Positions 12,921 to 27,800 of a DNA stretch of 64,000 bases are shown here, piece after piece (position 1 is the stretch's first letter; each line of letters starts with the position of its first letter). The position numbers and the translations under genes were made by a program. This DNA comes from Polymyxa betae A26-41. Lineage: Eukaryota; Protista; Endomyxa: Phytomyxea. The notes under the pieces were generated by a model. That model saw only the letters and a list, made by a program, of their open reading frames with translations, had not been told where the DNA came from and ran no database searches. The stretch spans positions 62,001-126,000 of the forward strand of contig RBZT01000657.1 of NCBI GenBank assembly GCA_003693705.1, given 5' to 3'.

Positions 12921-15900
12921 ATGAAGGATGAACAAATATATGCACGAGCGCCCAAAAGCGCCAAACCTCCATACAAGAACGACATACTGACGACATACCG
13001 CCCAATCAGCCAAATTCAAGAAGCCATGAATCGTTTGCAATCCAAACGGCATCTCGAACAGATGTCATTAGATCTTTTACGCAGACAAACACACTTAGAC
13101 GACCTCCATCAACGAATTATCGCTTCCCAAACCGATATCGACAGCCGATACCAACGAATCACAACACTGACATCGCAGATCGAATCGGCCAGCCAAATCC
13201 CCGACCTAATTCGTCGCCGCGCTGCTGTCGCCGATTTCGAGCGTCGCCTAAACTCTGAACGGGAAGCTTTGGAGCAAATCACCCGTCAGAATCAATCAGA
13301 CAGAGACGAATTCGATTTATTAGAGAGCGAGCTATCCCGTTTACGTGTCTCCCGTGAGCGTATCATTGACAACCATGCGGATAATTTTCTATCAGAACAG
13401 GCCTATGCAAATGTAGGGTGATCATTCTCCTTATTGTCATTATTCAATTATGGTCGCTGTTAGAACCAAGCTGAAATCATTCAAGCGATCCTGCAGAAGC
13501 AGCAGCGCACTAGAAAAAGGCAAGCTAGGAAAGCGGCGAAGCAGGCCAAGCTGCAAGCCGAGGCCAGTTTCCAAGCTGGGGTTCAGGCTCAGCGGCAAGC
13601 TGAAATTGCTAAGGAACAGCATGTGAAGGCTGTGCATCGATTGAGTCAGAATCAGTCTGTTATCGATCAGGTCAACGTCATTGCTCTCTAGAACTATTCG
13701 TTATAATCTCCCGTCTCAGGCGCGAGCTATGATCAAAGATGAAGAGGAAAAAAGAGAATTAAAAGCGGTCGAGAACGTTCTAAAGTTGAAGGAGTCGATT
13801 GAGTCTTCAATTCAAGAATCACGTCGTCATCCTCGACGAGTTAGAAATACTGGAGAAGAACGGCAATCAGAGAATCAACATGTAAAGCGATTGTATCATT
13901 TTGAGGCGGCACGACCTAATTGAAGAGTAGAGAGAGGCTGATATAAAAGTAAGGGAAATGGAGGTAGCGGCTCGTTTACGTCGTGAATACGGTGAAGACA
14001 TCAGGCTGGAGAATAAACGCTATGCTGACGCTATCGCAAGAGCTGGGAGGCAACAACAACAGCAGCAACAGAAACACTTGCAACATGCATCGCAGCAGCA
14101 GAAATGTACAGCTACAGAAAAGGAGCTGTACCCTTCTCAAACTGCAACTGTTAAAACGAGATCGTTCGGAACTGGTCGGGCTCCGGATGCCGTTTTGGAA
14201 ATGGTTCGGCGTAGGCATCCTGATGTGGCTATTGAGCCAGTTGAGAGAAAGCGATTACTGCTTCCCAAAGCATCACAACATGATGTTGTGCAGATTGCAG
14301 ATGCCGTTCAACGTCGTCAATCCGAACTTGTCGAAGGAAGAAGCAAAGTCGTCTGTGGTCGGCAACATACTGGGCCTTATTTCATATCCGATCGCTCTCC
14401 GGTATACACATACAACGTAAATTTTGAATTCCAACAAACTTATTATCTGACTTTAGGTTAAATTTGTAGATTATGTCGCAGGAGAAACGGCATCGTTAAT
14501 TCGGTTCGTTTTGAAGAACGTATCATATTGCGAAAATGCTTTTCGGCTCGTTGGGGTTCAAGATGTGGTTTACAGGGAGTTTTTTGATGTTCACTATGAA
14601 CGTCGGGGCCGTATGTCACCTGGCATGGGAGTTACCATAACGGTGCTTTTCCATGGTGATATTGATCAAGATCTACATACGAATTTGGAATTTATTTCAG
14701 AAATTGGCGGTGCATTTCGAATACCCATTCAGATTTTAATGCCAAAATCAAATATATCTATATCTTCGACATCGCTAGATTTTGGCAGAGTTGTTGTCGG
14801 CGAAGAAAAGCAATTGTCCATACAGTTGACGAATCAGGGCGCATTGTCTGCTACTTTTTCTATATCTTTCGAAGATTTAGATCAAAATGTATTTTTCATG
14901 AGTAATGATGCTGCCGCAATAGCTGGGCACACGAGCATCAGCCTTTGCCTTATCTATCGACCAGATATAATCCTACAGCACCATAATAAGTTGGTCATTT
15001 TGCTATCAAATAGCACCAATCAGTGGGCTTCACCGAACATTTTCAACATCGACTTGATCGGTCAATGCGATGACGTGCCTGTTGTCAGCGATCGAGAACG
15101 TATTGAGTTCGGTTGCTGCTTTATAGATGACATATATCGCGACCAATTAACTCTCTCGAATCGTGCTGCAAGTCTAATGCATTACTCCGTATCTTCTCCC
15201 AATGATGGAACGCTGACTGTCCAACCTCGTCATGGTTTTCTGACAGGATTTGGCAATGCAACATTACATATTGAACTACATGCAAATCAAGAGACTTTAC
15301 TGAATTATTCATGTCAGGAATCTGGTAAGCTGCCACAATGCCGCCACTTTTTGCCAATATTTATCAGGACGGTTTGAGATTCCTTTTGAAATCACCCCTG
15401 ATGGTCAAGATGGGATCAAAGTTATTGCATCCGGAATCTTAACACATAGCAATATAGAAATAGATCAAGATTTGATTGATTTCGGCAAATGCTACGTTGG
15501 ACAATGTTTACATCAAGACTTGATCATAAGAAATACTTCCTTGGTGATGCAAAGATACGGAATCGTTTCCGATGATGCTCAGCTGAGCGTCTGTCCTAAT
15601 ACAGTTCACATACTTCCTGATGACACTGCTAAGGTATAACGATAATTTCATCAAATTCCAGTTGGTTTATTGATTGAAATCAGATAGTTATAACTTATCA
15701 GCCCAGCGATCTAAAAACATCACTGAAATCAGCTGTTTCCATTAAAAGCAATCTGGGTCGATCACGGAATGTTAGATGCCATGGAGAAGCTGTTAGAAAT
15801 CCACTGGAATTCTCCCAATCTACCGTCTTGATGAAACCATGTGGACCTGGAATAGTTGTTTATGAGCGCATCGATATTCTCAACAATACGCAACATGATC

Positions 15901-17482
15901 GAATTGTTGAATTCTTTGTTTCCGATCAAGTAGGATTCTTTAGAAGCTTGAAAAGTTCCCCAAAATAATGTCTTTGTACAGCATGCAATCCCGGTCAGAA
16001 TTAGTCCCAATATTTTACAGATTGCAGCTGAGCAGACTGCACAAGTTGATATCGCTTTCCATGCGCCCACACAACTTGATAGACCTGAGTCTACCAAAAC
16101 TGAATTTGTTTCGGGTGTTTTCGATAGTGATACCAATACGAGATATTCGCGATACCTCATTCCAGTATTCACACGATCTGTTAAGGTCAAGGATCCAGCC
16201 CAATATCAAACCCTTTATCTTCAGGTTAAAAACTGTTATTCATAACTCGAACCAACCAGTTTATGTCTTCGTATAGGTTCAAACAACATTATCAGAGTCT
16301 CAGTTAGCATTGATTGACTCCAGCAATAAAATAGAATTTGGTGAGATCCCTCTTGGACAGAGCAAGGCGGTCGATATCTGCCTTCGCAACATAAGCAAAC
16401 ATTCCTGCCCGCTGAGAATCCCTCCTTCGCTACTCTCATCACCATTTCTGTTATCAGCCGACCCACCGTTACCAGAGGCTTTAGATTCAGGCCAAACAGT
16501 TTCCATGCGCATTGCTTTTTTTCCTAAGGAAGACCGCGATTACTGTGAAACCATTTGTATCAGCGACCAAATCAATGTTACAATGCATGGCATCGGGGCA
16601 TCACTCAAAATCACGCTGGATCCAAACAACGACATTATCGATTTTGGCGATGTTCTCATCGGGTAAGCTACAAAAGGGTCATGCTTAGCTCTGGTACTGA
16701 CCGTTGACTAGGGACTCTCGTACAGTTAAGCTAAAACTCAGTAACAATTCGAAATTTGCGATCATGTGCGAGATGTCGACAGAGCTAACCAATCCGCATA
16801 ATAATGCAAAAGCCCTGACATTGTCCCCGCCTCGACAATGTCTTGAACCAAACCAAAGTACAGAAGTTGTTTTGTCATTGCGCCCGGACCGAGACGAAGA
16901 TTATAATGGAGAATTTACTCTTCGAATACCGACAAGCCGGTATCAGAGACGATTTGCTGTCAATACTCGATCTCGATCGCGGCAGGTATTTTTGATGCTG
17001 CCCGATAAGTCGCGCCTCGATCCAGCATTGCTGTTATCAACCCCAGCGCCCTCTCAAGTGCAACTTCATGTAAAAACTAATTCTGTTTGACGTGATTCTG
17101 CTGATAGTGATGGCAGATGAATCAAACCAGTCTTGACCCTGCACCAGTAACCACGAAATTATATTTCGGATCCTGCCAAGTCGAGACGCTTTCTTTCAAA
17201 CCACTTCCGGCTAGTTGGGAAGTGGTTATCTCCGAAGCCGCCAAGAAAGGTGGTTATCTGAAAATCACACCAGCAGCAGGGAAATTGGCTCCTGGTGAAC
17301 TGCTTCAGGCCGAAATTCAATTCGATCGACAGCGCTGGGCGGTGATTTATGATCCGATAGAGGTCATTAGCGACATCAAAGAGCTTTTACAATGCACACT
17401 ACAAGGCGGATGGGCTCCACCTGAACAGCCGACTGTGATTAAATTCGACATAATGTGCAACATTCATCTGATGTTAGAATAA
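12921..17482 (+). CDS. CFAP74-like ciliary protein (N-terminal coiled coil plus repeated ASH/Ig-like domains), multi-exon
   Basis: Long coiled-coil N-terminus followed by repeated LDFGRVVVG/IEFGCC/IDFGKCYVG/IEFGEIPLG/IDFGDVLIG...N motifs and GRMSPGMGV. The CFAP74 assignment is from memory of domain layout. Upstream exons are possible. Confidence 0.7.
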
Positions 17483-17506
17483 ATATTAAGGCCGAATAAT
17501 TATACA

Positions 17507-18705
17507 TCACAAGCAGCGCTTCTTCTTTGGAGGGACGCCGCTAGTCTTTCGGAACATGGCAAGATCCGATGTGAACAAGATACTGTGTGCCCAACCAGCA
17601 CGTTCTCCAAACACATCAATAAACATGCTTGAGATTTGCCCATATACCTGAATTAATGATTATCGCTGAAGAAACGATACAACAGGATGTCATACTTTGT
17701 CTGATAATGATTTCGATGCCAACTTCAAACCAGCTAGATGCTGGTGATAATGCCTCATGGCAATTTGACCAATGTGTGTATCAACAGGCACTACATGATG
17801 TTGATCCAGACTGAATAAAGCGACGCAATCAGCCACTTTCCTACCTATGAAATGTTTTAGCGCAGCAAGCATTCGTGTTGCAAATAAGTGGACCCACCGA
17901 CACCGACAAATTTGCAGAGCTCAATGCGGATTTCTTCCATGCTTTTGCCTCTCAAACTGTAGAGGAAATCTACTGCCCTTTCCTTATGCAAAGTCAATGC
18001 AGTTTGCTTTATGAATTTGGCTCGATATCCAAATCCGAGCTCTCTCAATTCCGACTCCTTGACGTTAGCCAGTGAACATATCGTGGGAAACGCCCGATAT
18101 GTGACTCCGTCAACAATAACAATAGGGTTGCCATACATCTCTCGAAGGCGCCTTAACATCATCGTAATGCGGCTGATATGATTATTGGACGAACAAATGA
18201 ATGAAAAAAGACATTCAATAGGGTCCTGTCGTAGTAACCGTACACCATTGAACTCTGACGCGATTTCAGCAAATCTTTTATCGCAATTCTTCCAGAGTGT
18301 GTAAAGTAGCTCTAGATTGATCGATGCATGAAGATAATCATGCAAAACAGCTTTAGCTGTAGCGACTGGCAATTCAGAATCAGCACCTGGCCGGACTGCA
18401 ATACAGAATCTGGCCGGTGACGATTCAATCTGCTGTATGCGATACACGATCTCACCAATGACGCCGATGAAGATCTGTTCCTGATCATCATACGACCAAG
18501 CGAATGACTGCCCATTCGTTAATGTCATACGACAATGAAACTGAACTGGAGATAACCCTAAAGGGACCCAGTCGGACCAGAAACCCTCTTCTACTGTCAT
18601 GTTGCCCGCCACATCAGCACTCAATTGAATCATTTCGTTACAACTATTAGCTGACTGCTGTTGCCCCACATCAAGTGTCGCGTCGTGCCCCACAATCGTA
18701 GACAT
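17507..18705 (-). CDS. OGG1: 8-oxoguanine DNA glycosylase/lyase
   Basis: TLTNGQSFAW, GVRLLRQDPIECLFSFICSSNNHISRI, LRELGFGYRAKFI, HhH GVG.KVADCVALFSL, VPVDTH, FGERAGWAHSILF. C-terminal PPKKKR resembles an NLS. Confidence 0.95.
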
Positions 18706-18770
18706 TTTACAATACGATGCGACAGAAAGAAGGCGCAATTCCGTAGCCAGGACCGGACGGGGCTTATCAT

Positions 18771-19452
18771 ATGACGAACAGCTCGCCAGCGCTGGAGTTC
18801 ATCACCTATGCGGGAGAACATCAGCTGCCGCTGCTGCAGCGATTGATTGATGCCGATCTCTCCGAGCCCTATTCCGTGTTCACGTACAGATACTTCCTAA
18901 ACGCTTGGCCAGAATTCTGTATTCTGGTCCGTTTTGCCGGTTTTGTTGTACTTATTTAACTGCCGTCGATAGGCTATGGATAAGAATGTCTGCGTGGCTA
19001 CTGTTTTGGGAAAACATGATTTGACCAAAAAAGGCACTCGCCGAGGTTATATTGCCATGCTTGTTGTAGAAAAGTCTTACAGAAAGCTCGGCCTGGGTAA
19101 AACCTTCTGTGCAATTGTGAATTTACTATTTGACTTTGTTCCAGGAACAAAGCTGGTTAAGATGCTAGTTAATCGAATGGCTGAAGTTGATTGCTCTCAA
19201 GTACGACCTTTATTTACTGGGTCTATTGTCACATTCAAGTCGTTTGATAGGTTGTTTTGGAAACAGAGGTTACTAATCAGAGCGCTGCGAGGCTTTACGA
19301 AAAGCTGGGGTTTATCAAGGACAAACGCCTATATAGGTGCGAAGACATTAACCAGCATGCTTTTGACATCGCTAAAAGTTTGTTATAGATACTATATGAA
19401 CGGTGTCGATGCTTTTCGGTTGAAACTCTGGCTGCCTTTGAAAAGTGTTTAA
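18771..19452 (+). CDS. NAA30: N-alpha-acetyltransferase 30 (NatC catalytic subunit, MAK3)
   Basis: [26 protein letters not shown]...[37 protein letters not shown] across introns. Confidence 0.95.
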
Positions 19453-19510
19453 GCAAAAGTAAAATATTCGTAAACTGTCAGTGTTGAGTATGCCAAACAG
19501 AGCACTTTCT

Positions 19511-22227
19511 TCACATTTGCTGTCTTTTTGTATCTAAAATTCTTCTATCAATAGCCTTAATTAAATCGTGGTCTTCCGTGTAGATGCCAGTCTGTAGCAG
19601 TTCAAACCGCTCCTTGCAAAGCCGCTCATGCTCAGCAGATGTGTATTCAGTTGCAGCGGGTTCTACCCGAGAAGGCTTAACTATAATAGGATCATGTGGT
19701 TGATGAGCGATAAGATGCGATCTCATACCTTGTGTCGATGAGGGTGCTGTCATGTCATCAGATTCTTTCATGAGCATCTTCCGGATTTCATCACGAATAG
19801 AACGGAGCTGCGTCCGATCTGAACCCAATTCCTTTTCTCGTTCCTTAGCCATCAACTGTACTCGAAGCCGCTGAAGTTCAAGTCTCTCGCGATCTAGCCG
19901 TTCCTAAATTATGATAAATGAGCTATTCTCGATTAGTAAAAAAATTCTTACATTCTCAATGACTTCAATGGTTTGTCGAAGCCTTGCCAATTCGTTAAGG
20001 CAAGCAACCAATTGCGACTGCATACGTTGCTCTTTTGTTTTCTGTTTAGACAGCTCTTCATCTGCAGCCTGTAGACGAAGCTTAACTTCGGAGAGCTCTT
20101 CTTGTAATTTTCCAGTAGCAGATGCCGCAAACTTTCGTTTAATGCCCAACAGAAGTTCTGTTTGCTCGTTGTACAGTCGCTCCATTTCGTTTAATCGCTC
20201 CACGAGATTAGCCTTCTCTCGAGACAGTAGGCCGACTTCGTGTTCCTAAGAGAAACTTAGGGAATGTCACTGAGAATTTCACATCAGCTACATGTTGCCT
20301 TTTCAGACTTTTAACAAGCGCTGCGTCCTCCTTAAGCTTTAGCTCATGGTCCCTTATTAGAGATTCTTTCAGTTTAGCATGCTCTTCTTCTTGTTGCCGA
20401 AGAACTTTTTCTTGATTACGCAATTCAAATAAGGTCTATCGCATTTAGACTGGATTCAACTTAACAGTTATACATCCATTTTACCTGCTGAAGCTTCTTC
20501 TCCATTTGGATGATCGATTTCTCTTTCTGAGAAAAATACATCTGTAGATGTTCAACCAAGAGAACAAATGGATAGGGATGCAACGAACCGTTTTTTCCTC
20601 TATCATTTCCTGTAATTTGGCTTCTAGTTGCTGTTTCCTCTCCTCTTCCATCTTTGACAAATACTCTTTGAACGCCTCTTGTTGCTTCCGCTTCCAAGAT
20701 TCAAGTTCCCACGCAACATGGTAAGCTTCACTACCTCTTGAAAACTCTGCCGGAATACCGGAATTGCAATCGTCAACGATATTCGGTTCAGTCGTTATCG
20801 CATCGGATTCTTCGAGATAAAGAGCGCATCGGATCGATCCAGATAGGACAACATCGTCATGATCCTCGCTTATTTGAGCAAACACAGGAACCCACTGATC
20901 AATAGCGCGAATCTGCCCTTCGCCCATCGGCGACGACGGAGCCGTCAGTAATTGAGTCAAGTTCAACGTTGCTAAACCAAGAACGCTGTGAACAATTCAG
21001 ATCATTTAAGCTTATATACAAGTTTGAAACCTTTCGATCTGATCATCTTTCACAACAATTTCAATGATCAATGGATCCCTGCTGATTGAACTCTCAAGTT
21101 TTTTTTGATCCATTGCAAATTCGAATGCGCAAAAAGAACCTGGCAAAACGACCTCTGTGTTGACGTCTACCTTGGAGATTTTAGAGAATGGTAAAATGAT
21201 CAAAGCCGGATTGTTACCTACGTGTACGGGAGGATGTGTGGCTACTGGAACTTGTGTATCAAATAATGGATACAGATAGCGTGCATATACAATGCCTGCT
21301 TTAGCTAGATCGCGAACAGCGCACAGGTCGACGCTTATTCGATATTGCCGCCGAGATGGTGTTGCGTTCTGCCAAGCAGGCACCTGTGAAACAGTAGTTT
21401 TGGGCGGAAAATATTCTTTGGGAAGAGAGCTCCTGACAACAGGATTTGGTGACAGTTTTCTAGCAGCTGGATTTGGTGGCTCCATAATACTTTCTTTGGA
21501 ATCGTCAAGTTTACGGACGTCTGCATTCAAGTTCGTTTTTTCTTGTTCTCGTGCTTCTTCTTTCGGTTCAGAAATGCATTCCAAAATCTCAGGGCAATTT
21601 TCGAAAGATTCAATATTTTCGCCATTACTTATTTGCTCAAAATGCTCATCATCATAGGCATCATCTTCGGCAGGTTCTGGAAGCTGCTTCACAGGTTCTG
21701 GTAGGGTATCAGTAGATGCCCATTGTAGTTTGCATCCAATATTTAATTCCGGTGGCGATCCTTTGCATTTGGCACTTTGCAGCCGATACCTAAAACGGGA
21801 ATCTTAGGAATATTATGACAGCATTTCAACAATACCATTGTTTATTTAGTCCCTGGCCTACGCTGCTAGTTAATGATCTCGAATCCACAAGCACGAATCC
21901 GGCGACAATCGGAACAGGGGGAGAAGGCTTCGAAGCAGTCAACAAGTTGACTTTTAATGGAGCTCGACTATGGCGAACAGCGTTTAGCTGTTCTTCCTCC
22001 ATTGTGATTTTGACAAAACCAAAGTCGAGTTCGTGACGTGGAGCACGATAGATCGGGGCCGGGAGCCATTCTGTGTATGCCTCGAGTTCAGTTCCGATAC
22101 CGACCTGAACGCAAAAGAAGCACGGTCTAGGAACAAGGATGTCGCCAAGGCCTCGAGCGCGGATACTAACCCGAAGCCTAAATTTGCTCTTTGATGGCTG
22201 GGAATCAGATTTCGCCTTCGGAGGCAT
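19511..22227 (-). CDS. CEP120: Centrosomal protein CEP120-like (C2 domains plus coiled coil), multi-exon
   Basis: YRISVDLCAVR..YARYLYPLF..THPPV, SFCAFEF, AWELESWKRKQQEAFKEYL, coiled coil, and terminal ERFELLQTGIYTEDHDLI..ID. Confidence 0.85.
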
Positions 22228-22966
22228 TCAAGAACGGGAATGGTGCGGGGAGTCAAAGACAGGAGTGGTCATTTTCAGGCGGTCGCGCCTCGTATAAAAA
22301 ACCCTAACAAATCCGACCTAGGTAGCGAAGTTCCCAAGTGCTATCATCAAATATCACGACATTGCGGGTTGAGACAACGGCAGAATAGTGTTTTCAGGTA
22401 AAATTAACAAACCCATAAAATGGCCAGCTATGATACTTTGAGATAAAGACAACGCAAAAGCGTCTTTCTTTTTTTACTTGCACTTTAAAACGACGGATCT
22501 CGTAAGTTCTGGAGCGACAAGCAAGCAGAAGTTTGGGCAATGGTAGAACTAAGTGAACCGAAGTCCGTTTAATTGTAGATGAACGGCATTGGCTAAAAGT
22601 TCACAGCAGCTTATCACTGAAGACACATCGATAAACATCTATATTCTGTGTATTTGCTCCCGCTTATTTTATCGTTCTGCTTTTGTGGCGATTTCCAAGA
22701 AAGCGCTGCGACTGCGTTCAATTGGCGTCCTGGAGGATGCTCATAGAAGAAATCCTGTGAGGCCACGAGTGGCAGCGCAGTGTCGCCTAAATCGTATCAG
22801 TCCGGGAAGGCTATTGTCACACATAGAAAGAAGCTAACAACAGCAACGACCAAAACCAGTTTTCTCAGATTAGACCCTGCACGATACGAGTAGACGGTCT
22901 CGATCGGAACCTGCATAAGGTCACCGATCCCATATTAAGTCTCAGGGAGTCCCCGACCAGCACTGA

Positions 22967-24658
22967 ATGCATGCTGCCGTGCGGGGCGAGCGCCTCTTGA
23001 GTGTGAAGCCGTCTTCGTCGCCGGCGCCCACAGTGTCGCCTGTCATCACCACAATACAGGCAAATAATGTCGCCCCGAAACTCGGTTCGGATAAGGACGA
23101 GACTGAAAGCGGTGAATCCGATAATAATACTAATAAGAGTGCCGGCAGTACATTCAATGCCGCTTTCTCAGCCTTAATTATATTATCTTTATTTATGAAC
23201 ATCCCAATGTAAGTTGACTGAGTCCTAACAGTCCCTGTCATGGCTAGTTTATAAGGGAACCGTATTATCATTTCTATTGTTTAATTTTGTATAGATCATT
23301 AATCGGCCCATTCTTTCCCAATGAGGCTATGCGTCATGGAGTCTCTCTTGCAGCATGTGGATTCATTTTGAGCTCATTCCCTCTCTCTGTGGTGCTTTCT
23401 GCTCCACTATGGGGATACTCGGTTCCTTATTTAGGACCCAAAATTCTCATTATCGGTGGTGGTATTATTACGGGAGCATGCGTCGCATGCTTTGCTTTGA
23501 TAGACAACATGCACGGGCAAGCATTCATTTACTTTGGCCTGTGTATCCGATTCTTGCAAGGCATCGGCTGTGCAGCTACAGAAACTGGTGCAACTGCAAT
23601 GCTGGCCGGTAGATTCCCTGACTCGATTGGAACAGTAACTGGATTAATGGATGTTAGTTGAATCTTAATCACTGTGTCATTATTTCTCAAACGCAGTTGT
23701 TAGGTAGCTGAAAGTCTCGGTTTTATGATCGGCCCGTTGTTTGGAGGGTTCTTGTATGAACGTGGTGGGTTTCAGGCTCCATTTCTTGTTACTGGAGGTA
23801 ATTACTTTGAACGATTTTTTAGAGATCCCGTTCTTAGTTTGCTTAGGATTCACACTATTTCTTATGGTTCCTTTGGTGTGGCTTGTTCCAACAAGGGCGC
23901 AACGCTTTCAAGAATTTAGCGATGTATCTGTCATGCAAGTAATCAAGACCCCAGGAATTGCTCTTGTTATACTTGCTGCTGTCATGGGAATGTCTGTTTT
24001 TGCCTTTTTGGAATTGGCGCTTCAACCACATTTCATTGGAACAAATATCACGGCGAGCAAGTTGGGTTTATTGTTCACTTTGATGTCTGCAGTTTATGCT
24101 ATATGTTCCCCCGTTGTTGGATGGGCAACCTCTCCTAGATATACGCGTCCTTTTATAGTGATGGGCCTGACGCTGATCGCTTGTGCTTTATGCCTACTTT
24201 CAGGGTGTCTGCCTTGGAGGGGTCTTGAATTCCAAGTACTATCATTGATCCTGATCAGTGCTGGCTGTAGCCTCGTTTTGGTTCCTGTTGTACCCTCAAT
24301 GACGTATGTTTATTTTGCTTATTACACGGTGCTGTTTAAAACGAATTTGAACAGGTTCGCCGTCTTGCATTTGGGAGATCATGCTCTGGGCGTCGTCTCA
24401 GGAATCATCACATCGTCCTTCTCGTTAGGAGAAGTCTGCGGTCCTGCCATTGGTGGCTATCTGATGCAACGATTCGGATTCCAGCTTGGCACAGTCCTTT
24501 ATGCGTCTATAATATTACTTGTAGCCGTTGCTCTTCTTCTATTCATCATTACGGCGCCACCAGATCGCTTCTGGACCATGCCGACAGAAGACAACAGCTC
24601 GCTATTCGAACCATTGCTGAGCCCCGATCAGCCCATTTTCAGCCATCCCGATCGATGA
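22967..24658 (+). CDS. MFS transporter, SLC18B1/vesicular amine transporter-like
   Basis: About 12 hydrophobic segments, IGPFFPNEA, RFLQGIG, MIGPLFGGFLYERGGFQAPF and GEVCGPAIGG. Confidence 0.85.
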
Positions 24659-24810
24659 AAAATGTTTCCTAAGCATTGTCGTTGTTGTTATATCTATTTA
24701 ATATATCCATCGATGAAAGAATTGTCGAATTCAGAATTGATGAATGGAAGACAGTGTGGGCGGGGAAGCCTCGTCACAGGTGCAACGATACGTTTCCGTT
24801 ATGCGACAAC

Positions 24811-27800
24811 ATGGAACGGGAAGACGCCTATGATATAGTGGACATTGAGGATAGTGTCACCTCTACAAACCAGCAGAGTACAGCATTTACATTAGTTTCT
24901 CATTCTGCTCTACTGCAACTATTCCGGTTTATTCGGCTCCTGGTCTCTAAACACAATCCGTCGCCATGGTCCCTTGGCTTTATCTTGACCATCCAGACAA
25001 TGCAAATCTTGTCGTACCCGTTTGGTGGAGATAATTCTGGCGGCACCGTCAGCCATTTGGCTGCCAATGCTTTAACGATTACGAATTTGAGGTTTCTTGA
25101 TGATAGCGGTCGATACAATCTTCTTGTAGTAGTTCTTATAGCAATACTACTGTACGCCCTGCTGGCAGTAACAACCGCCTGGCGACTTTTTAAGTCGAAT
25201 TCGCTTTCAGATGATCAAAATCAACAGGTCCGCTCGCCATCTGTCACCTATGATTTCATGGTCTAATCATTTTCAGGTTTCAGCTCAAATTGTTGCTGAA
25301 GCTACATTTGCCATGATATCATGGCTATCAGTTCCCCTACTGGATGCACTGATATCTCCTGTTTTCTCTACTGGGCGGAATAGTCTTGCTTTTGTAGCGG
25401 CACTACTTATATTTCCCTTGATGTCAGCATTCGTGGTTCTTGTGAAGGGTGCTATGATATGTTTGGATCCGTTTTCAAACAGTGCTTTGGCTCAATCTCA
25501 CAGCCGATTCGACATTGCAGCTTCTGCATTTCGCTGCGTGGTAATACTGTTATTTAATGCATCTGGGGGACAAGCTGCTTCGTTCATTTGCTTATTGCCG
25601 TCGTTGGCAATAGCGTATTTCTACGCTATACTTGGACCTTATCATTCAACATTAACGAACCAGTTTCACTCGATTTCATCGTTCCTGATCTTCTGGTCAT
25701 TTTTCTGCAAAGTAATCGGTTAGTTTATTGATTAGGCTAAAAAAGCGTTGCGTTTAGATCTAATTCGGTTTAGCCACGATCGTGTCCAGCAATGTCGGAT
25801 TGCAGGTGTTTTTGATATCAGCTCCGTTTATTACTGGAGCTGCCTTTTTCCTGGTCCGAATTCGCCAGACTATGATAATGGACATATCTCCATTATTAAT
25901 GAAAGATGCATGTCAGGTTCAGATTCGGATTCATCAAATGCTAAATCCTATTCGTGTCCAACGGCAATCTCGTATCAAGCGCAACCTACAAGCCAATCAG
26001 GATAACGCCTTGATGGATACCGTTCAAAATGTTTTCACACAAACGACTACAACGCTTCCTAATTCTGCCATGTTGCAGATATTTCGAGCAATGTTCTTCT
26101 TATTTTATCGTCGTAATGTGTATGCAACTCTATTACATCTTCGAAGCGCTGAGAGGCTTGCTCCTTCGATGGATCTGTCCTACATCATATATGTAATGAG
26201 GTCTAGTATAGCTGAAATAATATCATCAGACTCAGAATCCAAAGCCACTGCTGAATTTGCTGAATTCAGCAGTGTATTAACGAAAGCTATAGATGCCGAT
26301 TCAGATGCCACGCAGCTCCATATTCAGTTTTGGTCGTCACTTGACCGGGCTTCGAATGAGGACTTAGATAAGATCAGTGCAGATATAAACAAAGTTAGAC
26401 TCCTCCACCACCGTTTATCGTCCTGTTGACTAATGGTTTGCTGCTAGGCTTTGGTCAATGCCACACAATCTTATGACCGTTGCCTAGAAATTGCTCCAAC
26501 TTCAGATACAGTTAAGAGGCTTTATGCTGGATTCACACGAGACGTTCTTCATGATCAAGCCACAGGAAATGGGATTATCAATGATCTTGAACGCTATAAT
26601 GCCAAGTCAATGTTTGATGGCAGTCTGCAGAAGAACTTCACACAAAATCTTTTCGATGAGGATAACCCGGTAGTTTTTCCATTTTCTTTATCGACTAAAA
26701 CTTACTATCATCAAATCAGGTGGTGATGGTATCTGGCAATCCTGAACGATTGGGACAGATAATAGACTGTAACTCTGCTGCAGTTTCTAGGTTTGGCTAT
26801 GAAACGAAGGCTGCCTTAGTCCAAAATAATGTTTCGGCGCTAATTCCACCCCCTATCTGCACATTTCATTCAAGCCTGATGCGAACAAACCTGGAACTTG
26901 GACGGCACTCGTTCAGACATTCTACAAGGTGAAAACCCGCATCAACTGGCTTTCATAGATTAAGCGATACCTTCAGATCAGTTTTTGCAATGCATAGAAG
27001 CGGGTTTTTGATTCCCATCTATTTATACGTAACATGGTTTTCATCGTCGCTGGAGGATATCTCACTTATCGGATTAATGTCATTGGATCATCCTGATCGC
27101 AATTCTCATGTTAGTTTCATTTCTTTCTTGTTCTGGCCGTTCTAAATGTCTGCAGTTGGCGGTTGTTGATATGAAGACCGGTCTGCTGACAGCTGTGAAC
27201 GAAAGCTTTGCTACGATGTTTGACATTGAGTTGAAGAGTGTCGTTAGTGGAAAGATTGCCATCGAACAGATTATCAGCATATTCAACAGAGACATCTCTT
27301 TATTTTTACAGCCTAATGGTTCCATTGTCAAAGTGTCTGATTTACATCGCCGCCCTTTCGATCTAAAGTTAACCGAGGTGTGCATGTAAACTGTCATTTT
27401 CAAATCGTGACTTGTCCAACAGATGCGAGTTACCGTCTCGTTGCTAGCAGATGTCTATCTGGTTCGTATTCATCAAAATCGTCCGAAACATTTCAGATCC
27501 ACTACGATACCTTTATCAAGAATTTCTAGCCACGGGAGCCAGCCAGTATCGGCAAGCGCTGGAATTGAATTGGAGCTGAAGGAAGACGCCTCGATCCTAA
27601 CTCCTAAAATAAGGAATCGAAAGCAACATATCACGAGGACTGGATCACAAGCTTTCACCACTCTCTCTGGAAACACAGTCTTTCAGTCGCAATCAGTTGC
27701 CTCTTCAATTTCTGTTATTTCCAATGAAATACGAAGTAGAATCAGAATGGGAAACAAAGCTCAGGTTAGCATGAGATCGCGCCGATTTGGGATTCTATTC

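Noticed and set aside
22290-22320. TATAAAAACCCTAAC as a possible telomerase RNA template
   Set aside because: Only a single short motif in a promoter gap, with no supporting structure visible.
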